Shown here in pieces: positions 1 through 14,300 of a stretch of DNA of 64,000 nucleotides. Numbering within the stretch: the stretch's first letter is position 1; each line of letters starts with the position of its first letter. The notes beneath the pieces are model-generated. The model saw nothing but the letters and a program-made list of their open reading frames with translations. It was not told where the DNA came from and made no database searches. Both the position numbers and the translations under genes were made by a program. Origin of the DNA: Ruditapes philippinarum (taxonomy: Eukaryota); NCBI RefSeq assembly GCF_026571515.1, contig NW_026856878.1, positions 186,001 to 250,000 of the forward strand. The letters are read 5' to 3'.

Positions 1-858
1 GTGAGTGATACAGTGATGTGTGTTTAAACTTTTATATGTAAGTATGTTACTGAATGAGTGATACAGTGGTGTGTTTAAACTTGTATATGTAAGTATGTTA
101 CTGAATGAGTGATACAATGGTGTGTTTAAACTTCTATATATAAGTATCTTACAAAGTTAGTGATACAGTGATGGTATATGTAAGTATGTTAATGAATGAG
201 TGATACAATGGTGTGTTTAAACTTCTATATATAAGTATCTTACAAAGTTAGTGATACAGTGGTGTGTTTAAACTTCTATATGTAAGTATCTTACAAAGTG
301 AGTGATACAGTGATGTGTGTTTAAAATTGTATATGTAAGTATGTTAATGACTGAGAGATACAGTAGTGTGTTTAAACTTCTATATGTAAGTATATTACTG
401 AATGAGTGATACAGTGGTGTGTTTAAACTTGTATATATAAGTATGTTACTGAGTGAGTGATACAGTGGTATGTTTAAACTTGTATATGTAAGTATAGTAC
501 TGAATGAGAGATACTGTGGTGTGTTTAAACTTGTATATATAAGTATTGTACTGAATGAGTGATACAGTGGTGTGTTTAAACTTGTATATATAAGTATTGT
601 ACTGAATGAGTGATACAGTGGTGTGTTTAAACTTGTATATATAAGTATATTACTGAATGAGTGATACAGTGGTGTGTTTAAACTTGTATATATAAGTATG
701 TTACTGAGTGAGTGATACAGTGGTATGTTTAAACTTGTATATGTAAGTATGTTACTAATTAAGAGATTCTGTGGTGTATTTAAACTTGTATATGTAAATA
801 TATTATAGACTGAGAGATACAATGGTGTGTTTTAACTTGTCTCTGTAAGTATATTACT
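1..858. repeat. Intronic minisatellite, 51-bp unit, about 16 copies (continues off the window)
   Basis: Unit gagtgatacagtggtgtgtttaaacttgtatatataagtattgtactgaat. Confidence 0.95.
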
Positions 859-2165
859 AGGATGGCAAGCTGTGTTGTGGCAAGTTTTTTCCTTGAGCAA
901 GGAAATTGCACTTATTACTCTGTACTGATTGGTTCCAGGAATGGAATTGAGAATGTATCTATTAGCTTACTGCTACCTACACAATCAACTGTATAAACTA
1001 ATGTACCAGTATAGCAGTATCTTGTTCAAACCATTAATGTTGATGAATATGAAAAATATGTCAATATATTACATAATTACATAAATTGAGGCTAATTCTA
1101 AAGGAAATGTAATCAAACTCCTGTTTGTTTTCATAATTGAGATGTTTAAAGATTTTTTAAACTAGTAAATATATCCAAGTGCCAAAAGAAGCTAAATTTT
1201 AGCCCTGACAAAGACTATAAACTAGAGTAATGAGCCCATTTCTAAAAATAAGGTGAACAAACTTGATAAAAGAATGCTTGCAGCTGAAGTTTATAAATTT
1301 TATTGATTTACAAGTACAGGTACTTGAATATAAAGCATTTAAGTTTAATTGTTTGTAATATATAAGAATATTTATGCTATAAGAATATTTGTAATATAAG
1401 TATAATGTTAATACTGTAAATGTATAATGTGGGTCTCATGACCAAAAAATATCTATATTTAACAATTGGGCAGATGCAGATAAAAATCGATCAACTTGAC
1501 ATAAATACAAGAAATATATGATATATGATGACATTATTTTATTGGGAATAAAAATCACTGTGAATGTTATACTTCATTTCTTAATCCCTTAAACCTTCCA
1601 AATTTATGTAATGGATTTGCTCAGCTTTATATTTGGGTTAGTTCATTTTGAAAATGAAGGAATTTAATTATCAAAGTACAAAAACTGAGGTACCTGAACA
1701 CTCACTGTATAGAGTCTTTGTCATACTGCACATATGCTCGGGCTGGCCTGGTTCTATACTGGTGGTAAAGTCTAATAACTTTTGGTTCCTGTCAATTAAG
1801 GGTTAAAATGATGATAACAGTTAGTCATAGATCTTGATATACGATCTCATTAGACATGTATAATATTAGAATTACCCGACATTTTCTTAAAATAGAATCA
1901 AAATGTTGGTGTCAAGGTAAATTATTTCTTGTTTACCAGCGTGACACGTTCAAGTTCAGTTCTAAGTCACGTTCAGGTAGTTAAATTAATTAAACCTGGC
2001 ATCACGAAATGTTTGAATACAGAAATTTATAACTTACCATTTTTGTATAGTGACTGTCACATTTACCTGAAATATACAGATTTGCAGACACATTATAAAT
2101 AATGTCTCACTTATTTTGTTGTGTGTCGTTAATTTAATGCAGCTATACTTGTTTATATATTTCAG

Positions 2166-2327
2166 ACATACCGAGATTTTTTCACCAACATTGAGACAAC
2201 AAATATAGTCACGTTGCTCCTGTCTGTTGTTTGTATAGCAGTGTTGTATTGTACAGGTAGATTCATCAACCAGAATCCAAAACTTAAACCAAAGATGTTC
2301 ATGCCCGTACCCATTGAACTGATTGTT
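2166..2327 (+). CDS. SLC26 paralogue 1 exon (TYRDFFTNI...PVPIELIV)
   Basis: ttcag acceptor, gtaagt donor, 162 nt; same length as its counterpart at 26576-26737. Confidence 0.92.
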
Positions 2328-5300
2328 GTAAGTTGGCTTTTCATCTTTAGATATATTTTTTACAGTTGTGGGTTAAAAGTTTAAATGGTTGGCTTGCCCA
2401 TCTGTATTGTAGGCTGGATTTTTGCTTGTGATAATGAAATGTATCATCCTACCAATCAGTTGTCAATCTAGCTCACAAACGGACACCAGTTCAAGTTTTT
2501 ACCTATGTTTTAAAACTGGACGGGCATATTCTTTCATGATTTAAAACTTTGACTGTAACATCTAAGAAATGCAAAAAGAAGTCTCTATGGGGTTCATAAA
2601 CTTTGTTTAAAAGGTTAACAATGTTTTGATGATTTCATTTTGATAAGAAAAAGGTACAGTTGTACCGAAAGGAGGCATAATATAATCGCATCATCTGTCC
2701 GTCTGTGCGTCCCCACTTAATTCATGTCCGGACTTTTACTTTGTCATACATTGAGGGATTTAGAAATAACCTGTCTACCACATCAAGACGATGTGTCGCA
2801 TCCAAGAACCACATCCCTACCTCAAAGGTCAAGGTCACACTATCATTTTGAAGTTTCACATTATCCCAATGAGACACATTTGTGTCCGGACTGTAACTTT
2901 GTCATGCATTGAATGATTTTAAAATAAGTAAATATAAATGTCTACCACATTAAGACGATGTGTCGCATCCAAGAATTACATCTCTACCTCAAAGGTTAAG
3001 GTCACACTATCATTTTGAAGTTTCACATTTTCGCAATTAGATGAAAAATATGTACACACATTCGTGTTCTAACTGTAAATTTGTCATGCATTGTATGATT
3101 TTAAAAGAACTAGGCATAAATGTCTACTACATCAAGACAATGTGTCGCCTTCAAGAATTATGTCTCTTCCTAAAAGGTCAAGGTCAAACTATCATTTTGA
3201 AGTTTCACATTATCGCAATGAGAGAAAATAGGTACACACATTCGTGTCCAGACTGTAACTTTGTCATGCATTGAATGATTTTAAAATAAGTAGGCATAAA
3301 TGTTAACCACATCAAGACAATGTGTCGCGTCCAAGAATTATGTCTCTACCTCAAAGGTCAAGGTCACACTTACATTTTTTAATTTTTACATTATCACAAT
3401 TAGAATTAATAGGTACACACAATTGTGTCCGGGCTGTAACTTTGTCATGCATGGAAGGATTTTAAAATAACTTGGCACAAATGTCTACCACATCAAGACA
3501 ATGTGTTGTGGCTAAGGCTCAGTCTGTCTGTGTGTCCCCACTTACACAACAATCATGTCCAGACTGTAACTTTGTCATGCATTGAGGGATTTTGAAATAA
3601 TTTGGCACGTCTATCTAATAACAACATTTTGTCGCATCCAGGAACCAAGTCCCTTCTTCAAAGGTCAAGGTCACACTTATATTTTGATGGTTCATGCTAT
3701 CACAATTAGAGATTACAATAATATCAAAGTATAATATTCAGCTATTACTTACTTTCATTCTCTTTTCTTTTCATAATACCTGCATGCTTAAGAAACCTTT
3801 TCAGGGGCATTCGTCACTTGGGTGACAGCTCTTGTTGTATACTATGATGCTTCCAGCAGACAAAGGGTTAATTTACAAACAAATTTCTTACTTTTGTTTT
3901 AATTTCTAAATCATCTTTTGCTGACGATTATCCCATTTGTTACGAAAATTTAAGAAATCAATAAAAGGAATTAATTTCAAATTTATTATATGATCAGACA
4001 GCATGCTGGTTTTATAATATTTCTCATAAGTAGAAAATTTAAACAAATATTTATTTGTTGATCCAATATTTATGTCTCTGTCTAATTGAATGGTTTTGCA
4101 TGATACAAAATAATTGGTATAATAATAAAGTGTATATTTCTATGGTTTTATTTTACAGGTGGTACTTGGAACAGTGGTCTCATATGCACTGGACTTAGAG
4201 CACACCCATGAAGTTATTGTTGTCTCAGATATTCCCACTGGGTAACTATTTTTGTATAGATATAACCCTATATATATATAACTGGACTTACATTTATGGC
4301 AAGACTTTAGCAATTGTCCGCAGCTATTTTTAACATTTTACACAAAATTATTTCTTCAATATTTATCAGCTTTGTTTTTCTAAAAATCACTCGGATTACT
4401 TTTAGGGTTACGGTTAAGGATTAGAGTTAGTGTTATGGGAAAGCGGTTCTTGGTTTGGGTAAGAGGGCTATGGTTAGGATTATAAAACATGGATTTTGCT
4501 GTGGACAGATTGTAAAAGTGCTCCACATTTATTTTGTCAGCCCCTAATTTAGCAGTGCAATATGTGTAAAAAATAATAAGTATTAAATGAACAAACATTT
4601 CTTGTATGAAAAGTAAGTTTTGAATTGTAAACAGAACTTTGAATTATTTCATTTGAGAGAAGCCAGCCATCTGTTTTGCATGTGACAGTTTGTTTCTTCT
4701 ACCTAGGTTCCTCCTAGTTTCTGAAATGTTGTGTACGCAGTCTGGAAAGCTAAAATATAGCTGTATAAACTCTATTATAACTTTAAAGGCAATGATATAG
4801 ATACAAAATGTTTAAATCATGGAATTTTACTTTTATTATTTCAGTTTACCAGTGCCAAATACAAAATGTTTTACTCGTATTTCATCCGTAATCTCAGATG
4901 CTATAGCATTAGCTATTGTCATATTTGCCATATCTATATCCATGGGAAAACTGCTTGCCAAGAAACATGACTATGAAGTGGATGCTAATCAGGTATTGTT
5001 TATCACCATGGTTTCAGTGATTAACCAGTATATTTAACATGTCAACAGGAATATTGGTTTACTGTATATTTAATGGCTTGCAAAGATATATTACAATGAG
5101 GTACATTTTGGCTGTACTGGTGAATGGCTTGCCAAGATATATTACAATGAGGTATTTGGCTGTACTGGCAAATGGCTTGCCAAGATATATTACAATGAGG
5201 TACAGTTTGGCTGTACTGGCGAATGGCTTGCCAAAATATATTACAATGAGGTACAGTTTGGCTGTACTGGCAAATGGCTTGCCAAGATATATTACAATGA

Positions 5301-8300
5301 GGTACAGTTTGGCTGTACTGGCGTATGGCTTGCCAAGATATATTACAATGAGGTACAGTTTGGCTGAACTGGCTAATAGCTTGCCAAGATATATTACAAT
5401 GAGGTACAGTTTGGCTGTACTGCCGAATGGCTTGCCAAGATATATTACAATGAGGTACAGTTTGGCTGTACTGGCAAATGGCTTGCCAAGATATATTACA
5501 ATGAGGTACAGTTTGGCTGTACTGCTAAGATATATTACAATGAGGTTAAGGTTGGCTGCACTGGCAAATGGCTTGCCAAGATATATTTCAATGAGGTACA
5601 GTTTGGCTGTACTGGCAAATGGCTTGCCAAGATATATTACAATGAGGCACATTTAGGCCATACTGGCGAATGGCTTGCCAAGATATATGACAGTGAGGAG
5701 GTTGTGAAGTCAAGAATTTCTAATTTCAGCAGTTTTAAAGTAATTTTTCATAAGGTAACAGTATATTAGGATTGTCGAAAGATTATATAATATTTTACTA
5801 TTTAATATTATTATCTACAATTTAAGGAACTGATGGCTTATGGTATATCAACTGTAGTTTCCTCTTTCCTGTCGTCTGCTGCGCCATCTGCTTCATTGTC
5901 CAGAAGTCTGGTACAGGAGAGAGTGGGAGGTAAAACCCAGGTTAGTACCACTGAGCTATTGATGACTGTTTTCACCCTGAGTATAGTTGTTATTTGTTAC
6001 TGAACTGTAATCATTATGACATTGGAATGGGGAGCGGTGGCCTAGTGGTTAAAGTATCTGCCTCTCAACCAAGGGATCATAGGTTTGAGCCTTCATTGGG
6101 TCACAACCGTGTTTTTTCAAAAGATATCAGTACTGGTGGTTTCAGGAAGCGGACTCAAATGTGATTAATAAAATGTGCAAGAACTTGTTTTGCAATCGAG
6201 CTTAGATAATTATGTTTAAACCAGAGAAAGCTATTTCATTAAACTAAAGCAACACTGAACTATTGAAAGGGTTGCTATGCACAAATACATCAAAATTATC
6301 CTGCAAGTGTTTCTAATATATGTATTTAATTGTGATATAATAGAGAACCAGTCAATGAATCCAGTTAATTTATCCAGCGAGGTCAGTCTGTCTGCCAGTC
6401 TGGCGGTGCCTGAAATATTGCTTGAAAAAGCATAACATTACTGAATAGTAATATCAACTTAAATTAGACATGCCCTGTCTATTGATATTCTAATGAATCT
6501 CAAAATTGAAGCAGACAACAGTGTAAAGACTGGTCAGACTGCAAGGTTGTAAACTGATAGAGTAGTTAGTGTCTATTAAAGAAATAACATATCCCAAACA
6601 GTAATTTTATCAAGAGATAAAAATTACAGATTTGGATATATTATTTTGATTCTAACATGATGTCAACAAATAAATGCTGCCAAACCATATTATATTAATC
6701 TAAACTGCGCCTGATATTGTTTCCGTACTTTATTTTTAGCGTGTCACATTTTTAGTAGTTTTGTCACATGTATAATGGTAATGTCACATGTATAAATATA
6801 GAATGTCAACAGTGATTTTATTGCATAATAACACACACTTTCTTTGTTCAATTGGGAAAAATGAGGGTTGTGTTAGAATTGCTGGTAACATTCAGAATAT
6901 GATAATAATTATTACTAATAAATAATACTATTATATAATAGTACATGAGTGGCCTTCACAAACTTGAGATAAAGTAAGAATTAAAATCATTATTAAATTA
7001 TAATTTCAGGTTGCTGGTTTGGTATCCTGTTGTCTCCTACTAGTTGTATTGCTGGCTATAGGACCTTACTTTAGAACATTACCTAATGTATGTACATATT
7101 ACAGTGTTTATAATAGTGTTTATAATTCTGCACATTTGTAATGCCACTTTTCATTGAAAAACCTTGATGTTTATATAGTTTTATATACAAGGCTGCTGTC
7201 AATTTATGAAGAAATGTCACTTTTTTTTCTTTAAAAAGGAAGTTTGCTGTATTATAAATTTGTTATAAAAAGATTCCGGACAGATTATATGGCTGCACTA
7301 GTATATAGATGGTTGTTTGCAAAACATCCGTTTGCAAAACATCCGTTTATATAGGGCCATATAAGCAGCTGAAAATCTTTTTTACTAACATTATAACCTT
7401 AAGCCTGCAGTTGGAAACAGATCAGTGCAGACCAAAAGCAGACATCACATCTAGAAAGCACATCATCTGTGCCGTCTGATCTTGGTCTCCACTGTTTATA
7501 TTTCAGTCATTACCTTTTTTCGAAAAATTCCCCTAAAAATGATAAATGGTTTTATCCAAATTACATGATGGACAAGTCCAATTCAGATCTGTAGGGGGTT
7601 AAGAGTTGAAGAGTTAAGTTTAGCATATGTTTTACAAATAAATTTCCGTTACACCTTTGTTTTTGTAAGCAACTAATTTTATTCGAACAGGTTTGTTGAG
7701 AATAAAGCACAAGAGAATGTATTGTTACCATTCTGGTGGTTCACGGGAGTTAAATCTGGCATGTTTTCAAACTATATATCATGATATATGATAAATCTAC
7801 CTTTACTTTACATAGGCATTTGGTGAAGCAGCAAGTTCATGAACAGAATTTACATGTACAAAGAACATTTTGTCATTTTTTACTAAGATTGTAATCATGT
7901 ATTTCATAGTTAGGTATCTAAACCTACCATCAAGATATGTATCTAAGTCATAGTCACAAAACTTGCTATGCATGGCTTCATTTGTGTTAACTTCTTTGTT
8001 AATATAATATATCTGTATATTTTCATTTACAGAGTGTTCTAGCCTCTATTATCATTGTTGCCCTGCGAGGGATGTTCCTACAGGTCCTTGATCTTAAGAA
8101 GCTGTGGCGAGTTTCATTGATAGATTTTGTAAGTGAATATAATGTACATATGATAAAACTTAGCAAATAATCATGAACTTTGCATAAAAATAAATTTATT
8201 CTTTACTTTATAATACTGCACGTTTGTTACTTCATTGGATAATAGTGGCGTTTATATAGTTTTATATACACGGCTGCTGTCGATTTATAAAGAAATCTTG

Positions 8301-11300
8301 ATTTTTCCTCTAAATATGATGCTTGCTGTATTATAAATTCTTTATAAATATTTTTCAGAGGTTAAATGGCCGTATATAAACAGTTGTTTGCAATATAACC
8401 CTCACCTTGCGGCTCAGGTTATATTTATAACAGCTGTTTATATAGGGCCATATAACCTGTCAAAAATCTTTATAACTAATAATATACATGTATATTTTGG
8501 GGTATATGGGGCTGATTGGTTAAGGTCACTTACTTTGAAACATGTGCCAGGTTCACCCCATCTGGTTATAATCCAGTCAGAGACTTTGAATTGTTTTTTA
8601 TGAGGAAGAGATCCAGATAGCTTATGTAAAGTCTGTGTTCTTACTCAGGTGGCAGATTATGCCTGAAAGAGTGGTACAAGGGATACATGATATATTCCTC
8701 CCTCATTAAAGCTATAAATTCACTGTATGACAGTCTATGGTGTCAGCAATACCCAAACAACATATCAGTGTATAGAATTAGAGTGCTGAATTCAATGATT
8801 AAAATGTGATGATTTATTATTTTGTATTTCTTTATAAGATTGTATTGTTCATGAAAACAATTTTTGTTATGTTTAGTTATATTTAAGCCTCTTACTAAAA
8901 CTGTAGCAAATATGAAATAAAGCATCTGTAACTGCTATATATTTAAGTACGTTTCTGTTGTTATTGCAATATTCTATCATACATCTGTTATTATGATGAC
9001 TTTAAAAAAAGAAAAACATGTTTCTTTTCTTTTTTAATATTTTTTAGTTGATCTAAATGAATAACAAAAAACCTCCAATAACTATTCATGTACTAGTACT
9101 TACTGGACATAACCAATAGCCAATGCTAATTAACTTCTAAAAGGTATGAAAATAAAACTATTTTGAAATAAGATTTTGCTTTTGTGATAGTTTGTGTGGA
9201 TTGTGGCGTTTGTGAGTACAGTATTGTTGGATGTTGACCTTGGATTGGGAGCTGCTGTTGTCTTCAATCTTATAACTGTCGTCTGCAGAAGTCAAAAGTA
9301 TAGTAGCTTTGTTATTGTTGATAACCAGCTTAACCCATATAAAAATGTCTTTAATTAATTTACCTTAACCTGCTGAATTTCTTAAATGGACTTTTCCAAT
9401 TTCCATTTTGGAACAGTCCATTATTTATTTTGGGTATACCAAAGTGAGAATTTTGAAGTTGACCAGCCAAAAGTATAGAGCCTGGTCAGACTGTAGGATG
9501 TGCAAGCTGGCCTGGCGCTATACTGGTGGCAAAGACTTAAATCACTTTCGCCTTCAGCAGGGTAAAGGTTAAAGTATTAAAATTTAAAATATACTTATAT
9601 CAATATATGAGGTAAATTAAATAATTTCATATGGAAGTTCCTTTATGATAATGTTTGACAGTCCACTGGTGTTTCTCTGAAACCTTTTGTTATAGATGTC
9701 TAGTTCCATTATGGTCTATACAGTCATGTATATTTGAATGTGTGTGTGTCACAGTTCAGAACTGATCACTAAATAAGGGAGAATATCATATGTGTAAGCA
9801 GCCAGATAGCTCGGTCAGTAGAGCAGTGGTATAGTATTGCGATGGACATGGGTTTGAGTTTGGATCAGGCTGCACATTTTTTCTCACCCTGTGACAGTTG
9901 GTGTCCAACAGGGTTTGAACCTGGGACCCTCACAAATACTGTACCATGCCTCTACCAACTGAGCTATCTGGCCGCAAACATAGCAAGTGAACAGTTCTAG
10001 ACCATGACATATATTAGCATTTGCATGAGTCCTGCATGTATATTTTCTATAATGATATGATATATATTAACATTACAGACCATATGCCTGTTTGCTAGGA
10101 CAGATGCCTGGAACAGATATATATAGGGACATGAATATTTACCAGGAGGTATACTGTCCTAGTTCTTATATCTTCTAATTGAAAGATTGGGTTGATGCTC
10201 CTACATTATGAATTTATATGGTTTTAACAGTTTACTTTGCATAGAATAACTCTCATATGGCTGAATTTTTAAAAAAAAAATTTGTTCACTTCAAGGAATT
10301 CATAATGATTTTTATCTTGAGCTATTATGATCGCTGCGTCATCGTTGTGAATAATTTTAGTGTACCACATTATTCAAACATTTTAAAAGTTAATCAACAT
10401 GAAACCTTGAATGTTTGCTTATCATGACAAGGTGCAGTTGTTAGACAAGTGGAATAATTCTGAAAGCAATGTATTTGGATTTATGTCCCTTTTTAACTTA
10501 GAATTTGTAACAACACATGCAGTGTTCTTTCCTTTATCAAGTTACGATGAGATGAATTGCAAAATATGAATTTATATTCTTTATGAGTGAAACTAGAATT
10601 AATTGAATAAATTTCAGGCAAGAGAAATTGATGGTTTAAAGATCTTCAGGTTTGAGCAATCTCTATTCTTTGTGAACATAGAACACTTTAGAACACATCT
10701 CTACAAGAAAACTATTAATCCAAGGACATTAAAGATTGCCCAGAAGAAGAGAGAGGCAAAGCTAGAGAAAATGAAGAAAAAGGTATATTATTCTTTGTGG
10801 GGCACTAATTTTTGTGGTTTTCGTGGATAGGATCCATAATTTTATGTTCCAACAAAATTTCATTTTGTCTGCTGTAAGATTTTGCATTACATTATTTACA
10901 TTTTACAATTTGAAAAAATAAACAGTCTACAAATTGAAGTACCCACAAAAATACTCTTTATGGCAAAACCCAAAAAGTGCATGTCCGCGAAATTAGTCTT
11001 TGACAGCAAATAAGCTGCATTATTCATTAATAGCGAAACAACTTGCTTTATTTTGCAACAATATAACAAGCTGCTTTATTCCATAACAGCAAATCAAGCT
11101 GTTCATTCCTTAACAACAAATCCAGCTGTTTTATTCTTAAACAACAAAATAAGCTGCCTTATTCATTAACATTTGAAGAAGCTGCTTAATTCATTGAATA
11201 CAAAACTAGCTACCATATTCATTAACAATGACTCAGTATTTGACAATATCTTTATTCAGGACATTATGATTGTCGGAGAAGTGGTACCTGATGTTAGTAT

Positions 11301-14300
11301 ACCAGCTGATACATTTGACATGGAGATTGACAGTAGTGGCTCAGTGAAGATTCCAATAGAACAGAAACCTAAAACACCAATAGATGTGGACTTTCATACC
11401 ATCATCTTTGACTGCTCACCATGGAGTTTTGTGGACTCTATGGGGGTGAAAGTTCTTACCTCAGTAAGTTTACATGTTCTTTATACAAATGATTTTTTTT
11501 AACAAATGTTTAAACAACTTTTCTTTGTTTTTTATCATCAAAAAGAATTATGAAAAAAAGTTCTCCCCTTTTGAGTTGTTGAAAATATGAATGATTAAAC
11601 TCTATTGTGATTAAAGGTATCAACTAATTTATTTTCTCTCAAATGATTTTTCAGGCTTTTCAATGTTTGTAATTTCAATAAACTAAATGTTTAGGGTTCT
11701 ATTCAATGATAAGGCATTAAAAGGTAGAAAACTTTGCCATAAAAGGTCTACAGGCAGAGTGGTCAAGGTCTCTGACTTCAAGTCACCTGCCCCTCAGTGC
11801 TTTGGGTTTGAGTCTTTTTAGGGACTTTGGAAACTTTTATGTGAGGAAGCTACCCATCTAGATTATGAGATTATGGAGGTCTGTGGTCCTTCTCAGATAC
11901 CCATTTAAGTCTGAAGTAATGCAAGAAGGGGCACATGATGTCTTCCTCCAGCAGTAAACCTGGAAAGTCGCCGTATAACCTTTACAGTTTTGATGTGACT
12001 TGTTATGAAACAAAACAAATTTTACCACCACAAAGACACCATATGTTTGTTGTATGAAAAGATTGTTTGAAAACATGTTAAATGTTGTGATATTACAGAT
12101 CATTGGTGAATACAAAGCTGTTGGGGTCAAAGTTATTCTGGCCAATTGCAAAGGTAAGACTGTTCAAATATATAAATGTTCAAAAGACCATTTTAAGTCA
12201 GTTTGGGAAAACATATGACTGTTTTACTAGAACTTTATTAAAATCACAACAACTGGACATAATGTATTGACCTCTGAAGTATTTACTGTATCTATTTATA
12301 TTTTGATTAAATCAAGTAGTCTGTATAAAAAATTTTTTTCTAAACTATGCACCCATATTTTAAGTGTGATAAAATGAAACTTTTCAATTTAACCGTGATT
12401 CGTGCTCATATCTTAATTGATATACAAGAAACATCTTTGTTTGTCATCAAAAGTGACGCTGGTTAGTATTTGTAGGACTGCTTGTGTGGCCATGTTAGGT
12501 TTATGATTCATTAAACTTAAAAAGTTGAATACTTACATAAGTGTTTTATAAATTTGCAGGTGGAATCCGAGAGATGTTTGAAAAAACAAAGTTTTATGAC
12601 ACCTTAGACCATTCCAATATTTATGTTTCACTACATGATGCAGTGGTTAAAGCACTTCACATTGAAACTCCAGTTTATACATCACAGGTGTGTACCCATT
12701 AGTCAAGTGAAAAATTAGCCAGATAAAGTTGATATATTCCTTATCTTTAGTTTTAGCCATTTTGAAAATGTTTGCTAATAACAAGTTATACAGTATATAA
12801 AGGTATTTCTTTTATATCTGCTTGTGCTTTATTTATGTCAGTACATGTACATGTATTTCTAAACAATTATGCCAGTAAATAAAGCAAAGGCATCATGATT
12901 ATGTACATAGCCCTTTCCTTGCTGGAAACAAAAGTAATTAGCCATTGGCCCCAGCCTGCAAGTAACTTATTTCATTGCGATTCTATAGAAAGCCATTAAA
13001 GTGAATTGGTCTACAGTGGGCACATTTTCTATATACATTTAAGAAAATTAAGAACACAAATGAAATGTAGCATTTAGATATTCTTATCAAATATTTATTG
13101 AGAAAAAAAAAGGTTGATTGAGTTTTTTAGTGGTTTAGTACGGTCATTTGTGTGATGAATTTTGTTCTAGAACAATTTATTATCTGGTTTATAAATATAT
13201 GTTGTATCGGATCATAATATCTTACACTGATCAAAAACATATATATAAAATGATTTTGTTGTTTGTAAACACATAAGATACTAAATACTACCATAATAAT
13301 TAGTTATGATATTATAGTCCTTCCATTATAGACCAATTCACTTTAACTTAGAGAAACACTCCTGAAATTCAGCCAGGCAAGTGACCTAAGGTTTATACAT
13401 TGTATCTCAATTAAATGTTAAATTGTTCAAGATTGCTGAAGAATTTAGCCTTATATGACTGACAGTAAGACCTTGCTGAATTAATTAAATGGACCTGTCC
13501 TTCTATTGAACTTGGAACTGCCCATTGTGACATGGAGGGTATTCAAGTTTAAGTTATAGAACTAAGCAGCAATAGCATAAAGCCAGGTTTTTGATAGACA
13601 AGCTGGTATATATCTGTACTGATGGTGTATACAATGTTTTTAGAGTTCTTTGCATTGACAGTGGAAGTAATGGAAAAAAAAATCTGGATAAAGTGTGATC
13701 CTTCTGAAGCATTAATCACAACAAAATTAATTTAAAATTGCAGACTCGATTTGAAAGAGTCTGTACATGAGGGATAATGAAAAAGTGCAACATCCCACAC
13801 AGCCCCTAGCACTGGCTTGAGCTGTACTCAATTTTCAACACTTGAAAGTGCTGGAATCAATGATCTTGAAGGACCAGAAAAATATAACAACACTGAAGTA
13901 ATAATTTGTATTTGTAGGAAGATGCAGCCTCAGAACATGGCACAAGTATGGCAGATAAAGATGACTCTGTAGAGGATTATAATTTGGACTTTATTGATGA
14001 TGAGTCAGTGAAAGGGAGAAGGGTATGAACTATCAAATGATTTAATACAATAATGTTGTATATTGTTCTTTGATATATACAGATTTTATCAGTGCTGTAC
14101 TGAAATCTTGACCTTATATTACTTTCTCATTCTTTTCTATGAAATGCTTTAAGAAAGCAGTGAAATGTCTAATGATAATGAAGCATGCTAAAGAAAGTTT
14201 TCAGATTAATACAAATGTGTGTCATACAATCATACAAATATTTTGCCAACTGTCTTTCAAAAAAACACACAAAGATACATGCACATACCAGTTGTGAAAT

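Noticed and set aside
268-822. 184-aa minus-strand ORF
   Set aside because: Translation of the 51-bp minisatellite; the 17-aa periodicity is a by-product.
5039-5656. 205-aa and 197-aa ORFs on opposite strands
   Set aside because: Stop-free frames of a 51-bp intronic minisatellite; no splice or homology support.
6028-6100. Functional tRNA gene
   Set aside because: Degenerate B-box and stems, continuous with a SINE body.
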